DNA from: Microbotryum violaceum
Taxonomy: Eukaryota
Assembly: GCA_001244265.2 (NCBI GenBank)
Contig: CDLV01000008.1
Location: 744,001 to 808,000, forward strand
Length of the DNA: 64,000 bases
Reading direction: 5' to 3'
Made by a program: the position numbers and the translations under genes. Position 1 is the first letter of the stretch, and every line of letters starts with the position of its first letter. Positions 49,172 through 61,835 of the stretch are shown here, piece by piece. The notes beneath the pieces are model-generated. The model ran no database searches. It was given only the letters and a program-made list of their open reading frames with translations, and had not been told where the DNA came from.

Positions 49172-52148
49172 ATGTTCGGCACACTCACTACACCGGTCTT
49201 GTCACTCACACCCGACTCCCTCGCAAGTCTCGGTGATCTCGATGGTGACTCGTTGTCCGAGTTGTGGGGTGGTGAGTGCACATGTGATTCCCGTCGATAT
49301 CCGACTGCCCTTTGGGTCCTCACGAATGCGCCGGTTCGGGCTCAAAGGCGTGCGCCGTGTGCACTGCCTCCGCCATGGACAATGTCCTCTTTACCCGAAG
49401 CTTCCGAATCAAATTTGATCGACATAAAAACTGATCCTTGCTCTCTACGTCAGTCTTCACCAAGTGTAAGAACTCGCTACAGAACGGAAGGCGCCTCGAG
49501 AATTTGAGCTGGCGGCTCTGGTTCGACTCGGGACGGCGCGAGGCGCAGTCGCTGTGCGAAGCCAAGGAGGATCAAGTCCAATCGGCGCGCGTGCACACTT
49601 ACAGATCAGGCTCAGCAGATCACCACAGCCTCCAACCTGGCATGGTCACGTTCTCGATCGACACACAGGGCTGGAGCGATCCCGAGTGGACCGAGGCAGG
49701 AACGAGTGATGACAGCGAGAACGAGACCGAACTGTCGGGCCGACCTCCACGATCATCTTCATCCGAGAGCAGGCAAACAGTCGGTGCACCGGTCAGGAGG
49801 GGTTCTTTGCATGCAGAAAACTCCTCCGTCTCCCCTCTAAACGTGTTCTCCACAACCAAGGCCAGGTCGACGTCCGCTGGCGCGTCGCAGGGGACACGCC
49901 CTTCGCTTTCGTCCACCGCGCGGGTTCCGTCATCACGCGCGTCGACAACCATCAGCGGAGGATCAATTCAAAGGATTGTCGCCGGTTTCAACTCGTTGCC
50001 GCCGATCCCTGTCCCCTCTAAGGCCCGAAGCATCGCCAACGTGCCGCTCGCCGACTCGGTCGCGTCACCAGCCGGCACCACCTCGCAACACTCGAGCGCG
50101 CCCGAGCCCCTCGAGGTCGGCATCCTCGCTGAGAGCGCGCTTGCTCTGCACTTCAGTGCTACACCACCCTCAGCGGCATTTGTAAAGCTTTCGCCGAGGA
50201 GAGCCGTGGATGCACCGACACAAACGACGCCTTCGTCCTCCCACCGCTCTTCGCCTGCCATGACCCTGCGCTCGCCGCCTCCGCCTCTCCGTCCCGTGTT
50301 GGGGGCCACTATCCCACCCACTCCGCTGGTGCAGCACGACGTCGGATCTGTAACCATTGGATCACGTGGCATGGTTCGATCATCGTCGGGCAACTCAAAC
50401 TCGTCGCGCATGTCATCGCGCAGGGTCAAGATCGCACCCCCGGCGTCGACGAGCTCGATCGAGACCATAATTTCAGCGCCTGCTCGCCCTCGCCACCTCT
50501 CGACAAGTTTGAGTGTGGCTCGAAAGGCCAGCGCGTCCTCGATCAACGCCGCGCCTACACCTGCACCGACGCCCGCGCCTTCACTCATGATCAGCGCTCA
50601 GTTCACGCGTACTCCGAACGCGATCGGGATGAGTTCGCCCTCGTCGCAGTCCCCTCTGCCTTCGACGTCCATCGCTAAGTCGTCTATCAAAGGCTTTGAC
50701 ACTCGCGTAGAGGATGCTCGACCCCGCAACGGATCGATCGCACCTCCACCCACACCCGCCGCCCCTGCCAAAGCGGTGCTCACGGACAGTCCCCCCAAGT
50801 CAGCGATGAAGGGCACTTCGAGGATCACAACCTCGGTCGCGAAACCGGTCGGTCCGACAAAGAAGCAGATGTTCTTCATTTCGAGCCCTGCTTCGGATTC
50901 AGAGGACGATTGTGGGTCGTCCCGGTCTGAACGACGTGGTAGCGAGATGCGGAGTACGCCTCGGTCCGTCGGCATCTCGGCTCTCGCGGGCAAGGGGAAA
51001 GGTCGAGAGGAATCGCAGGCGCCGACGAAGGAGGAGATCGAAGACGAATGGCACGACGAGGACGACGATAACGACGATTTCTCTGACGAGGGCTCTTCGT
51101 CCGGATGGGGCAGCGAATACTCGACCGACGAGGAGGAGACCAGCAATCGCCGTGATCGGGTCGACCAGAAGCAGAGACCGCTGTTCCAGAAGCGACCATC
51201 CGTCGCCTCGAACAAGGATGTGCCTCTCAAAGCTCGTCCACCGGGCCTGCTCTCGCAACTCTTCCACCCCGACCTCTTACTCAGTGAAGGCGATCGGGCT
51301 CATTCCGCCGTCGATGTCGCTCGCACGCGCAGCAACTTGTCCATGACCGCCGGAGGTGCACCTGGCAACTTGCTGACGACGAGCAAATCCCATGGGATGC
51401 TTTCAGCCCAACGATCCAAGTCCTTCCTCAAGGGCGCACCCGAAGGCGTTGAACTCGAGTCTTCGACCGATGACGGATCCGACAACGAGGTCGACGATGC
51501 GCAACAAAAGGGGAACGAACGCGTCGAATCGCAGAGCAAGCTCAGCGTCCCCTTAGCTCGCCAAGCTCAGCTTCAACGCCAACTCGAAAGCGAAGCTGCC
51601 ATCGCACCCCCTCAAACCCCGAGGACTACGCGTCGGGCGATGCTCGCGACCGAACTGAGCGAGAGCTTGAGGCGCAACTTGTTATGGGAACGACAGACGC
51701 GTAACCGCGTGATGGGTGGGCAAGGTCGTGCACCGACGATGCTGCCAACTGTTTCGACCGCGACGGCCAAAGCACAGCCGTCTGCATCGACGCCGGGGAC
51801 GACGGCGCCCAAGTCCCACGTCTCTTCTCCTGGTGTCTCGAACGGTCTCCGACCTCCGAACCCTTCCCCCGCCTCGCACGCCACCGCACCTGGTGGTCAA
51901 TCGCCCGTACCCCGATGGTTCGTCGTCACACAACCGGCACGGGTCTGTACCTCATTGCGCAACAGGACAAGCTTGACCAAACGCACCAAGTGCCTCGTGA
52001 GCGTCGTCGAAGACGCTGCAGTGGCGATGCGGGTTTTATCGGTGATGGCGACGATACGAGCGCCAGCGTCAGTTCGGATGAAGAGGAGGGTGCGGCGGGT
52101 GAAGAGCAACATTTCCATAGCAGCATATGGGGTCAAAGAGTGTGGTGA
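49172..52148 (+). CDS. DUF1752/DUF3295 protein (Mks1-like regulator); apparent 1-nt frameshift at ~51910
   Basis: Spliced LSELWGVFTKCKNSLQNGRRLENLSWRLW (intron ~49272-49453) and QTPRTTRRAMLATELSESLRRNLLWER. A natural-looking C-terminus (MVRRHTT...HSSIWGQRVW*) lies in another frame. Confidence 0.8.
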
Positions 52149-52492
52149 TTTTGTCGCTTTCCCTTGTCTCTTCATCTCATGCCTCCTTTCTCTACTATTC
52201 CTTTTTTGTTCGGTTTTCTTTCTTTTTCTTCTTTCATCTACCACGCCCATTATCCTAGTAGCGCGTCACCGTGTATTCCTTTTCTCTCTCTCCTACTGTG
52301 TGTTGTCATTATTCCAGAATTGAACCCCTAGATCCCTTCACTTTCTCTCTTCTCGGTTGCAAATCTTTTCATCGCGACTAAGAACGTTGAACCCACCAAT
52401 CTCAGAGCGCTCGTTCGTCTCCTGGGATGATAATATGACATGCAGTGGCAACACCGTCTCTGTTCAAACAAATTCCTCGCATACATGTAGTA

Positions 52493-53976
52493 CTAATCCG
52501 ACTCTTCATCGGAGCCATAAGCCGCCAAACCACCCCACGCATTTGCATGTGTTGGTGGTGCGGCTGTTTTACTCGTCGGTGCCGCCGTTGCTTGTCTCAA
52601 ACTAGCGATATACTTGAGCGAATCGATCGCGTTCGCTGACAAGATACCTCCTGCTTTGACAGGTTCGTGCGCACCATTCTGTGTCCCCGTCGTGGGAGTA
52701 GGAGGAGCTTCGATCCTAGCCCTCTTATTCTGTCGGCCTTCCTCCTCCTCGTCTGGTTTCTCGTCCCTAGCTGCTTCAATTTCCGGCATCTCCGCGGGCA
52801 GCGGTTCGACCAGTCCCTCCAATTCATCTAGTTCGCGCACGCGTCGAACGAACTCCGGGTCCAAGGTGGCGGCGATGCCGTCTTCGCCTGCCTGTTCGAG
52901 TTCGCGGCGGTTGCGTCGCTTGGCGGCTGGGTTGGGGTCTTCGGTGGCCCATCTACGAATCGGGGAGGGTGGATATGTTAAGAGCGACTAAAGCCTTGCA
53001 GTTTGGGTTTGTCAGATATGTAAAGAAATGTAGGTGACGTACCTGACGTTGAGGATCTCGTCCGAGTCGAGGGATTGATGCATCATGGCCTCCTTGGCGA
53101 ATTGGGCGTTCAATTCGGAAACGTACGTGACGAACGCGACGCCTCGACTACTCAGGATCTTGACTATTGGGCGTTGCAAAGTCGGATATCAGTTCTCGGT
53201 TGCGAATCAATGCAAGAACAGATCTCGAGGAGGAAGAACTGACTTCGTTCAATCTCGCCAAACTCTTCGAAATGCCTCTCGATCATTTCGGCCGTGTTCC
53301 TCGTCTCGACCAAGCGACCGATGTAGAGCGTGCGGTTCATGCGGGTGAAGGAACCGACGCCGCCCATGTCGTCGCGGTAGTCCGAGTGTTTTTCTCGACC
53401 AAAGACGTCGAGGGACGCGTCGGGGAGTTCGTGTTGGGACGGAGGGAGGCGATGGAGGTACGAGCATTCGTGGCTGGGAATCAAGGCATGGGGCTCGGCG
53501 TCAGTCGCTGTAAATGGCTGAATGCCCCACACAAGGCGTTCTAACTGACCCTAGTGGACAACATCCCCTCGCAAAGAAAATACACAGATACTTTGTCCCG
53601 TCACCATCGGCCTTGGTGTAACCCGAGTCCTTCTTGAGGTCGACGCGGGTCTGGGATTTTTCTTTGACGTTGTACTCGTCGTACTTGTCGCCACCGGCCC
53701 ACTTGTGGTACCAGACGTTGAAGGTCGAACCGGTTTGTTCGGGGGCTTTTTTAACGACTTGGCCTACTTGGACCTGGGGTGAGTGGGTGGGAGACGGATC
53801 GAGTAGGAAGGGGTAAGAGTCAGCCGGAGGAACACGCTTGGCTGGGTGAGGTATCGAATTGCACATACCTGCTTGCGCGCGGGTGGTCGCTTGACCATCT
53901 TCTTCTTCTTGACCAGAGGTTCTTGCTGCTGACTCGGTACGACCGCGGTCGACGACGACGGAGGCGACGGGGCCAT
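52493..53976 (-). CDS. CWC2: Pre-mRNA splicing factor Cwc2 (CCCH/Torus + RRM), multi-exon
   Basis: RPPARKQV, QTGSTFNVWYHKWAGGD, DSGYTKAD, CIFFARGCCPLG, CSYLHRLP, FGREKHSDYRDDMGGVGSF, NAQFAKEAMMHQSL, LNVRWATEDPNP. Confidence 0.95.
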
Positions 53977-54061
53977 GTCGCTGGCTGAATTCGAATCGGC
54001 GGGATCGGAGGGCAGGTACAGAGCAGAGAAGTGAAGTCTGATCAAGCTCAACGTTGAGGAG

Positions 54062-54146
54062 GGGTGTGCGGGTGTGCGGGTGTGCGGGTGTGCGGGTGTG
54101 CGGGTGTGCGGGTGTGCGGGTGTGCGGGTGTGCGGGTGTGCGGGTG
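54062..54146. repeat. Perfect (GGGTGTGC)10+ tandem repeat
   Basis: Ten exact 8-bp units at 54062-54141 plus a partial unit, between the divergent CWC2 and NDUFB8 starts. Confidence 0.95.
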
Positions 54147-54349
54147 GGTTGCGGTAGTGAGAGCGTGGGACAGACCAGAGACGGAAAGGGGTTGGATCCC
54201 CTTTGAAATTGAGCGTTAGCCCCAGCCGGAAACCTCATTAGCTCTGGACTAATAAGCGGTCGCTGTGGCCGTTGCTCGAGCTGCCCGGTCGCTTCGTTGC
54301 CTGCGCCGCTACTCGTCTGCCGCTCTAGCCCGCCACCCTTCAACAGCTG

Positions 54350-54386
54350 CACCCGCACCCACACCCACACCCACACCCACACCCAC
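54350..54386. repeat. (CACCC[G/A])n hexamer repeat immediately upstream of the NDUFB8 ATG
   Basis: cacccg caccca caccca caccca caccca caccca. Confidence 0.85.
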
Positions 54387-54387
54387 G

Positions 54388-55242
54388 ATGCAACGCTCCC
54401 TCTTGCGCCCCTTGGCAACGTCTATGCGAGCATGCTACGCGACGCACGCCCCCTCTGCCGCCGCCACCGCCTCTGCCGCCGCCACGCCCGCCGCGACCGC
54501 GTCCCCGTCCGAGCGATACGACCCCGAAGAGGATCCCCAACTCGCCGACATGGGATGTGAGTGAACGCAGACAGTCAGTCGTACAGTAGCGCAACCGTGA
54601 TCCGAACTCACACCGCACCATCCAGACCCCAAGCTGTACACCACCTCGCGCCAGTTGAGGAGCCCGCGAGGGTGGTGGGACAACCAGGAGAGGATCAACT
54701 TTGGCGAACCTGCAAGTACTACGCCAGCTAGCTTTACACATCCCATTCACTCGGCTGCTCTCACTGCCCCGTCCCGTCGACTAACACCCCGCGTTCCCCT
54801 TCCCACCCCTCACAGGTCCCAGAAAACGACGACATTCAATCGATGTGGGCCCCGGACGTGCACTCGATCAAGCCTTCCTCCGCGTTGCTGCAACTCGCGA
54901 CCATGTTCGGCGTCCTCGGTCTCTTTGCGGGTACGGTCTACTTCTTGAGGCCAGCGCCGCCTGCTGTACGTCCAAAGAAAATTCAATCGGGAGGGTGTAT
55001 GGGGTCCTTTTGGGGGGGAGGTGGTTTGCTGACGGATATGTTGGGGGCGTTGGATGGTCCATGATGTAGATGCCGAGAACTTACCCTACCGACCCGTCCG
55101 AGAGGGCCATTCACGTCAGTGCATTCTCTTGGTTTGTGGCGCCTCACTCGAGCTCGTTCAATGCTCACCACACTTTACACACGTATCCTTTCTTTCCCCT
55201 CTACAGGCTCGACCCGATAGCGCCAACGAGATTGAAGATTAG
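54388..55242 (+). CDS. NDUFB8: Complex I subunit NDUFB8 (ASHI), mitochondrial, multi-exon
   Basis: Presequence MQRSLLRPLATSMRACY, EDPQLADMGYP, RSPRGWWDNQERINFGEP|VPENDDIQSMWAPD, a single TM, MPRTYP; last exon ARPDSANEIED*. Confidence 0.85.
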
Positions 55243-55602
55243 AACGAGTTTGGTTCGAGCCGAATCCCGCAGCGAGAGCAGAGAATCATGTACAATTATG
55301 GGGTGTGAATTCGAGGGGTTTGGAGTAGAACAAGTCGGCTGGGTTTGGGTCCTCTCTTTGCAAGGTATTGCGCGGTTTCATCATTATGCTGTTCTCAGGC
55401 CCCTCCATCGGTGACGAACGACGAGAGCGAACCCAAAGCGCCTGCTCTAGACAGGATAGGGTCTTACAGTAGTTGATCCTTTTGCGAAGGAGCAGAAAAC
55501 CGAATGAACCATTTCTACAACCTCATCGTGTATCTTTCCTGCAAAGTCCCTACTACATCTTCCCCTCCGGGAGGAGTGAAACATCATTCCTTTCCTTCGA
55601 GT

Positions 55603-58600
55603 CTACCAAAAGATCTCGACCAACACGTTGATGGTCAACACGATCGAATACGCCGCGATCAAACCTGCGCCGAGTCTCTTGTCCATCCAATACCCATTCA
55701 GAGGCACGACAATCAACGTCGTCATCAAGATCGCCCAAAGACCACACCCTGAAACGAGCAACGTGCGAGACATTTGCACGTTCAACGCTTCGCCGTTGTG
55801 GCGTGCGATGAGGTAACAACCTGAAAGGCCGATACCGAGAAGGATGTTGAGCATCGGCCCACCGAAACAGGCTGCGATCGCCATGGAGGGGAACCCCATG
55901 CGAGCGACGGTCGCGTTCGCTACGAGGTCACCGAGCGAATTGCCCATCGCGAAAATGGTCAGTCCTAGGATCGCGTCGCTGAGACCTAGGATATGACCGA
56001 TCGTGAGGAGAACGCCGACGACTTCGTTGACGATCAGTAGGATCCAAACGGCCGCGACGACGAAGCCGGCAAAACAAAGTATGATTCGACCTCGGTGCGC
56101 GGTCGAGGTGAACGTGATAAAACATGTCGTGGCAAGGACCAAACCCACCCCGAGAGCGATGGCGATCTCGAACCATCGCACGGAATCGGTCATAATCGCG
56201 CAGACGATGAAGACGGGTCCGAGCGTGCATTGGATAGCGGTCAACCATCGCGACAAGTCGTCGTTGTTGATCGGCTTTTTACTCAAAAGTGGCGTCGAAG
56301 GTGGGGTTGTGGCTTCGTTTCCTGGTGGAGCCGTCGTGAGCGGATCGACGTTGGGGGTAAGTTGAATTGACGGAACCCCGTTCCCACCCATCGTAAAGCT
56401 ATTAAACCCCCGATCGACAGCGTTGAAATCGATCGCGGCTGGTGTCGTGGCCGCCGAAGTGGCGTTCCACATCGCCGAGTTGGTGTCGTCGAGGTTCGGC
56501 AGGACGCGCTCGTGTAATTTCCGCGCCACGGCTTCCCTCGCATGCCGGCTCTGCAACGAGTCGAACCCATTCTCCCCATCAACTTCTTCGGCGTCGTTGA
56601 AGAAGAACCGATTGTCGCTGTCTGTATACAGCATAGGAGTCGTCACAAAGTCACCGTCGTGTCGTGGCTTCCTCGCTTCCTTCTCTTCGATCGAGACGCA
56701 GTCCTCCGTGTCCGAGTCGACGACCGGCAAGGTCAAGTTGAGCAAGAGGATGGCGGGTACGCACAAGATGGCGGTTGCTTTACCGATGATTGACTTTTCG
56801 CCAAAATTTTGCAACGAGGGGAACAGGGCAAGGGCGACGGCGTACGCGATCCGGAAACTGCGTTTCTCCGCGATGATGGTGGCCCATCGCTTCGGCGCTG
56901 CGACTTCGGCGGCCGGTTGAACGAGCGCCATCGATCCATTCACACTCGTCAACAAGATCGAAGGAACCTTGCGCACCCGCTTGTTCGAATTCGAGTCATC
57001 ATCGGCTTCGATCGAGCCCCCCGAGTTGTGTCGACTCCCACTCTGTGGCATGGACTTCATCCGGCTCGTCGCCGACGTCGAAGGGACGTTGATCCTCAAC
57101 GCCCCCGATGGGTCCATCCTCAAACTTCCACTACTCCCTCTTCGACCCAAGCCCGGACTTGTCGCTCCTTGCCAAGGGTTCTCGATTCCGGCCGATAGGT
57201 CGATGATGGGTTCCGCTTCCTCGTCTTCCTCGTTCCCATCCTCCACATCGCTCCAATGCGCGCTAGGTCCCTCACTGCCCGTCGCCTCCCCACTCTCGGA
57301 CCGGGACCTCGCGTTCGTCCAAGTCCCTCTTTGATCTTGTAAACCCGGTCGCGCCGACAATTGTCGTTCCGGTACGTCATCACCCAATCGAATCGCGCCC
57401 GAGTGGCTCGCCGATCGCAACCTTGTCCGAGCGAGGAACTCCGACTCGGCGCCGACGAAACTGGCATGCGAATGCACCTCGTCGCCCGCTCCACCAAAGA
57501 CGGCCAACGTCCGTGCCGAAGAATCGGCCCGCAACGAATTGACGACGTCTCTGAATTCGATCGCACCCAACAGGGAAGGGCGTACGGTCGATCTCGTCAT
57601 GGGTCTCCGAGCTAGAGATGGTCGTCGAGTGTGACCCGGGCTGAAACCACTCGTCGAAGCGGTTCCGAGATCGGGCGAAGCGATCGAGGTGTGCGTGTTG
57701 GACCGCTGCCGTGTGAGCGTGACGGGAACACCGCGTTCGATCGCAGCGATGAGGGCATCATCGTCAAGGACCTGATGCCGGTGTGGGTGAGGCGCGGAAT
57801 GGGGTGTGGGGCTCGAAAGCGAAGGAAAAGGCTGCAGTCCCGAGAAGGGTGTGCCTTGAGGGGTGAGCGAAGGCGTTGATCGTCGCGTCGAATCGGAAGT
57901 CAATGTGTTGGGATCTGATTCGAGAAAGGTGCTCGTCAGGAAAAGCTATGGCGGCTTGAATAGATCACACGCTCAACCCACCTTGATCGACATCCAGGCC
58001 AGTGACGGGCTCGTCGGCATATTCTGCCCTCGCGGCCCTCAACAAGGCCTCTTTCTTTTCCTTCCTCGCCATCCACCAGCTTCCCACCGCTACGATGATG
58101 ACGTAGACGACGTAGAGCCCGACCATGGCAATTGCTTCCCACAGGTGGATGTGCGAGTCGTAGAGGATTAGCAAGGTGAGGGTGATGGCGATCGAGAAGA
58201 AGCCGACGTCGCGGAGGAAGGTGTGCCGCGACACACGAAACGGTTTGATAAGACACATGGTCCCTCTGTAGTGACAGGTATCGCGTGGTGAGTGTAGTCT
58301 GAATTGCAAGCGAAAGTAGGCAGGCGCGAGGGGTAATTGTCCCTATTGCCGAATGACTCACGCCACGACCGAGACGATGAAGGAGGCTGCACCGATGAGT
58401 TCTCCGATGGCGAGTGACCCCGAGCCTCTTGAAAGGGCGGCAAACGTGGAGAATACATCGGGAGAGCCGTTGGAGAAAGCGAGCAGGGTGACTCCGGCCT
58501 GAGGGTAGGTGGGGTATGGGTGGGGTCGTCAACGTTTAAAGCTCGATACCGCACCGTCTCTCGACATCGGGTCATGATCCATGGCAGACCACAAAGGTAC

Positions 58601-59158
58601 GACCCGGTATGGTGCTGTGGTACTTACGACACTCTCACTGAGCCCGAGCCTGGAAGCGATCGTGCTCAGGTTCGGACAAAAGAAATCGCTCGCGGTGATG
58701 CCAACAAACGCGAACAGAAACACGAGCCACAGAATCATGCCGCAGAAGACGAACGGTTGTTGTGTGGAGGTTGCGTTTTCGTAGATGTGGGTCCAGTCGA
58801 TCCAGGCATCCGACTCGGCGCCTTCGTCCCGTGGGGGCTCGCCGTTCTCGCCGCTGTCATTGTCGTCGTGGTGGGACTTGGAGTGGTGGTGGTTCGAGTG
58901 GGAAGAGTACGTCACAAGCGACACCTCCGCGGTCGCTGTGCCTCGCTTGACGAGAATGTGCGAAGAAGTTGGTGCAGTCCGTTCGAATCCGAACGGCTTG
59001 ACGGCGGAAGCGACTCGGGTGGAGAGGTCGACGTTCCTTCGGAGCGGCGTCGTCGCGCGGTAGCAGATGAGGTGCAGGATTACACACACCGCGATCGCCA
59101 TCCATACCCGACCCACCGCGCCTCCACCCGTCCGATTCGAGTGGCACACAACGCCCAT
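55603..59158 (-). CDS. Cation/Ca2+ exchanger (CCX, Ecm27/NCLX-like), multi-exon; start codon uncertain
   Basis: Alpha-1 repeat (ASDFFCPNLSTIA, GVTLLAFSNGSPDVFST, GELIGAASF) and alpha-2 repeat (ILGLTIFAMGNSLGDLVAN, AACFGGPMLNILLG) flank a long hydrophilic loop. Confidence 0.92.
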
Positions 59159-60408
59159 GCGACTCCCTGGATCGCGGTGGCAGTCCGATGTGGATAGGTC
59201 GCTCACACCAGATCAGAAGAGAGGAGGCGGGGCAAGACAGCAATCGAAGAAGCGAACCGGCGCGACTGAAGCGATCGGCGCGTGCGTAACGGGGCAGAGA
59301 CGGGGGCGCAGTTGCGATTTGCTGCAGTATGCTGCCAGTGGCACCGCAGATGGAGTGTATTCGTGCCTTTTATCCGGAGAAAACGTGAACTCACATCCGC
59401 ACCATATGTCAGTCCCCAGATAGGGAGAGCTTCCAGATCGTCAGACTAAGAATCCGAGTGGTCTCTTCACTGATCGATCGCACAATGCCAATGACGGAAG
59501 TGCTCCCGGCCAGCGCTGCACGTGACTTCGTACGTCGAATCGCCGCGGCGATTTCGCGCAGTAATTCGACGCGTTGTTAGATGACACTTGTGCATGCAAA
59601 ACGCGTTCGAATATAGCACGACCCTTTGAACCCTTCGTGACTAGGTGGCGTCAAGCAGGACTATCGGGGATTGGCACTGACCCCCCACCCCCCCCCCCAA
59701 GAAGAAAGAAAAGGACCCTCAGCTCGTCATGTCTCTGCCGTACCATGTTCAGTGTGCCAAGTATCTCAAGCTCGACATCTTCCGATCCAACCACAAGTCG
59801 AAAACTGTCACAACAGTGTAGCTCCTGGTCTCAACAGTTGGTAACAACTCGAAGGAATTGCAGCATGTGCGTACCAAAGTCGAAACTCACAACGAGACGG
59901 CCGTCGGCGGAAGCATCATGAGCTCGGGTCATAGTTGTGCAACCCACACGCCTTTTTGGCTAAAAGGGTGTTTCTCGGGGCGAGGTCACCTCTGTCATTC
60001 ACGCACCGTGCGAGCGTTTCATCAACTTGAGGCGCCATCAAACCCTCTGTTCAGGGTCATCCTAAGTCAGATTGAATAAGGCTTTCGGTCCGTACTCAGA
60101 GCCTCCGCGAAGCCCGTAAAATCCACACCGGTCCGACTCTTGCGCAGGTAGGCCATTTAGTCTCCGACGAGTCTTATGCAGCGAACGATAGCTGCCTATC
60201 CTTTCATCATCAAATTTGTGTCTTCAATGTGGTCACCGCGAGGAGACGCCCTATTCGCTTAGATGGATCAGACTCAATCCGCTGCACCCGACCTAGGTCG
60301 ACATTTGATCTCCATCAAGCTCATTCTATATTTACAAGAGGAAGAAGGGCATGGAACTACGAGGTTATGATATAATAGGTCCGAGCCCCTTTACCATCTT
60401 CTTTCCCT

Positions 60409-61387
60409 TCAGTTTCCCTTCTGGAGGCTCTTGCGATAAGCGAGCACCGAACGACCGATCGAATTTTGCAATTTTTTGTGCAGTTCGGGTCGATATCCGA
60501 GGAAGAAGAGGAGTTCGAGCCAGACGAAGAAGACCTGCGGAAGTGAAAATGTGTGCCATGATGAATGGGCTGCAGGGGCAAGAGTCAAGATTGACCCTGA
60601 TTATAGGAAACTTACGGCGAGCACGAGGGATTGGAATAAGCTGTTGAAGAGCGCTGGCGCACGACCTTCGAACTGCCCATCCCAGTATAAACGAACTCGG
60701 AAATCAGTCCTCAGTATATTGCTATACCGAAGAAGACAATCCTACCTTGCCGTGGCCAATGAACTGAGCGATCCAGGACGCGACAAAGACGATAGTCGCT
60801 TTTTGCATCGCATTACTTCGCGTGTCGTAGAGCACGTTCGACATGTGACCCATCGTCAACAATACGGGAGCATAGAGCATCTGAAGAGTGCATCTCGAGT
60901 CAGTGATAATGCTCGGTCTGGCCAGAATCATGCGATTGAAAGAAAAACTCTGCTCAACCACTCACGCCAGCGACGGGTTCGAGAATGGTAAAATAAAGGG
61001 CATTGCCAGCGGCATAGAGGAACGGGAACGTCGCTCGAACGTCAATCTCCTTCCCAAAGCCAAGTTGAGTAGGGAGAGGGACTTGGAAGCGGAAGAAGGT
61101 GTGGTTCGACAGGCCGTGGGTGAGGATGAGCGCGGTGAAGAGGATCATGGGCACGCAGACGATGTGGATTAGGACATTGATCTAGCGGCGGATGAACAAG
61201 GGGGTTCAGTAGGAGGAACATCCAGCAGAACGATGACTATGATCTACCTTGTTGGTGTGGTAGGACCCCTGTGCATATCACGCAGAAGTTGAAGCGCCAG
61301 TCAGCTCTCAGCTAATGTGAAAGGATAGTGCTTTGAAGGGTGGCTTACGTAGAAAGTGAACTGCGACTCGAGGTCAAATATGCCCAT
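60409..61387 (-). CDS. MPO1: DUF962/Mpo1-like ER membrane protein (2-hydroxy fatty acid dioxygenase-like), multi-exon
   Basis: MGIFDLESQFTFY.SYHTNK.NVLIHIVCVPMILFT, SWIAQFIGHGKFEGRAPAL, VFFVWLELLFFLGYRPEL; stop at 60409-60411. Confidence 0.85.
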
Positions 61388-61835
61388 GTTGTTTGTCTGT
61401 GCGGTGACAAGTGAGTCGGAAGGGCGGTCAGGGTCAGAACTGCTCGTAACTCAAGCTCGAGTGTGCACAGGGCCGGCGCGGTCGCATCATGTCAGGTGAC
61501 GTCCTCAACCGGGAAGGCGCATACATCCAGCTTGCACAGGGTCGGGGAGGAAAATGCTAGCTATGCAGCACCCAAGAGCTCACCTGTGATAGGAAAAGAG
61601 TCAGGAGGAACGGAGGACTGGAGAGTGCAGATTGCAGAATGGGAAGATGAGAAAGATGAGAGTCGGAGAGCAAAAGCGTCAGAAAGCGTCGGGGACCAGT
61701 CGAGGCCGAAGCCGGGGAAGCCGGGTGCGCGACTGGTGCGCTTGGTGCTCTTCTATGGTCTTCGGGTGCTCGGGGCTCGGCCTGCTCATTTCGCCACATC
61801 TTGACTTGCGATCGACACGTCCGAAAGTAGCTGGC

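Noticed and set aside
51915..52323. Hydrophobic C-terminus of the 961-aa ORF as a transmembrane domain
   Set aside because: Derives from a T/C-rich 3'-UTR-like tract read after the apparent frameshift.
54062..54146. Tandem repeat as a CRISPR array or telomere
   Set aside because: No spacers, eukaryotic context, and the unit is not TTAGGG.
53501..54418. 305-aa ORF with WVWVWV and TRTPAHPH repeats
   Set aside because: Starts at a non-ATG codon and merely reads through the two promoter tandem repeats and a CWC2 intron into a CWC2 exon.
59400..60350. Short ORFs upstream of the cation exchanger
   Set aside because: No recognisable protein features and no coherent exon chain.
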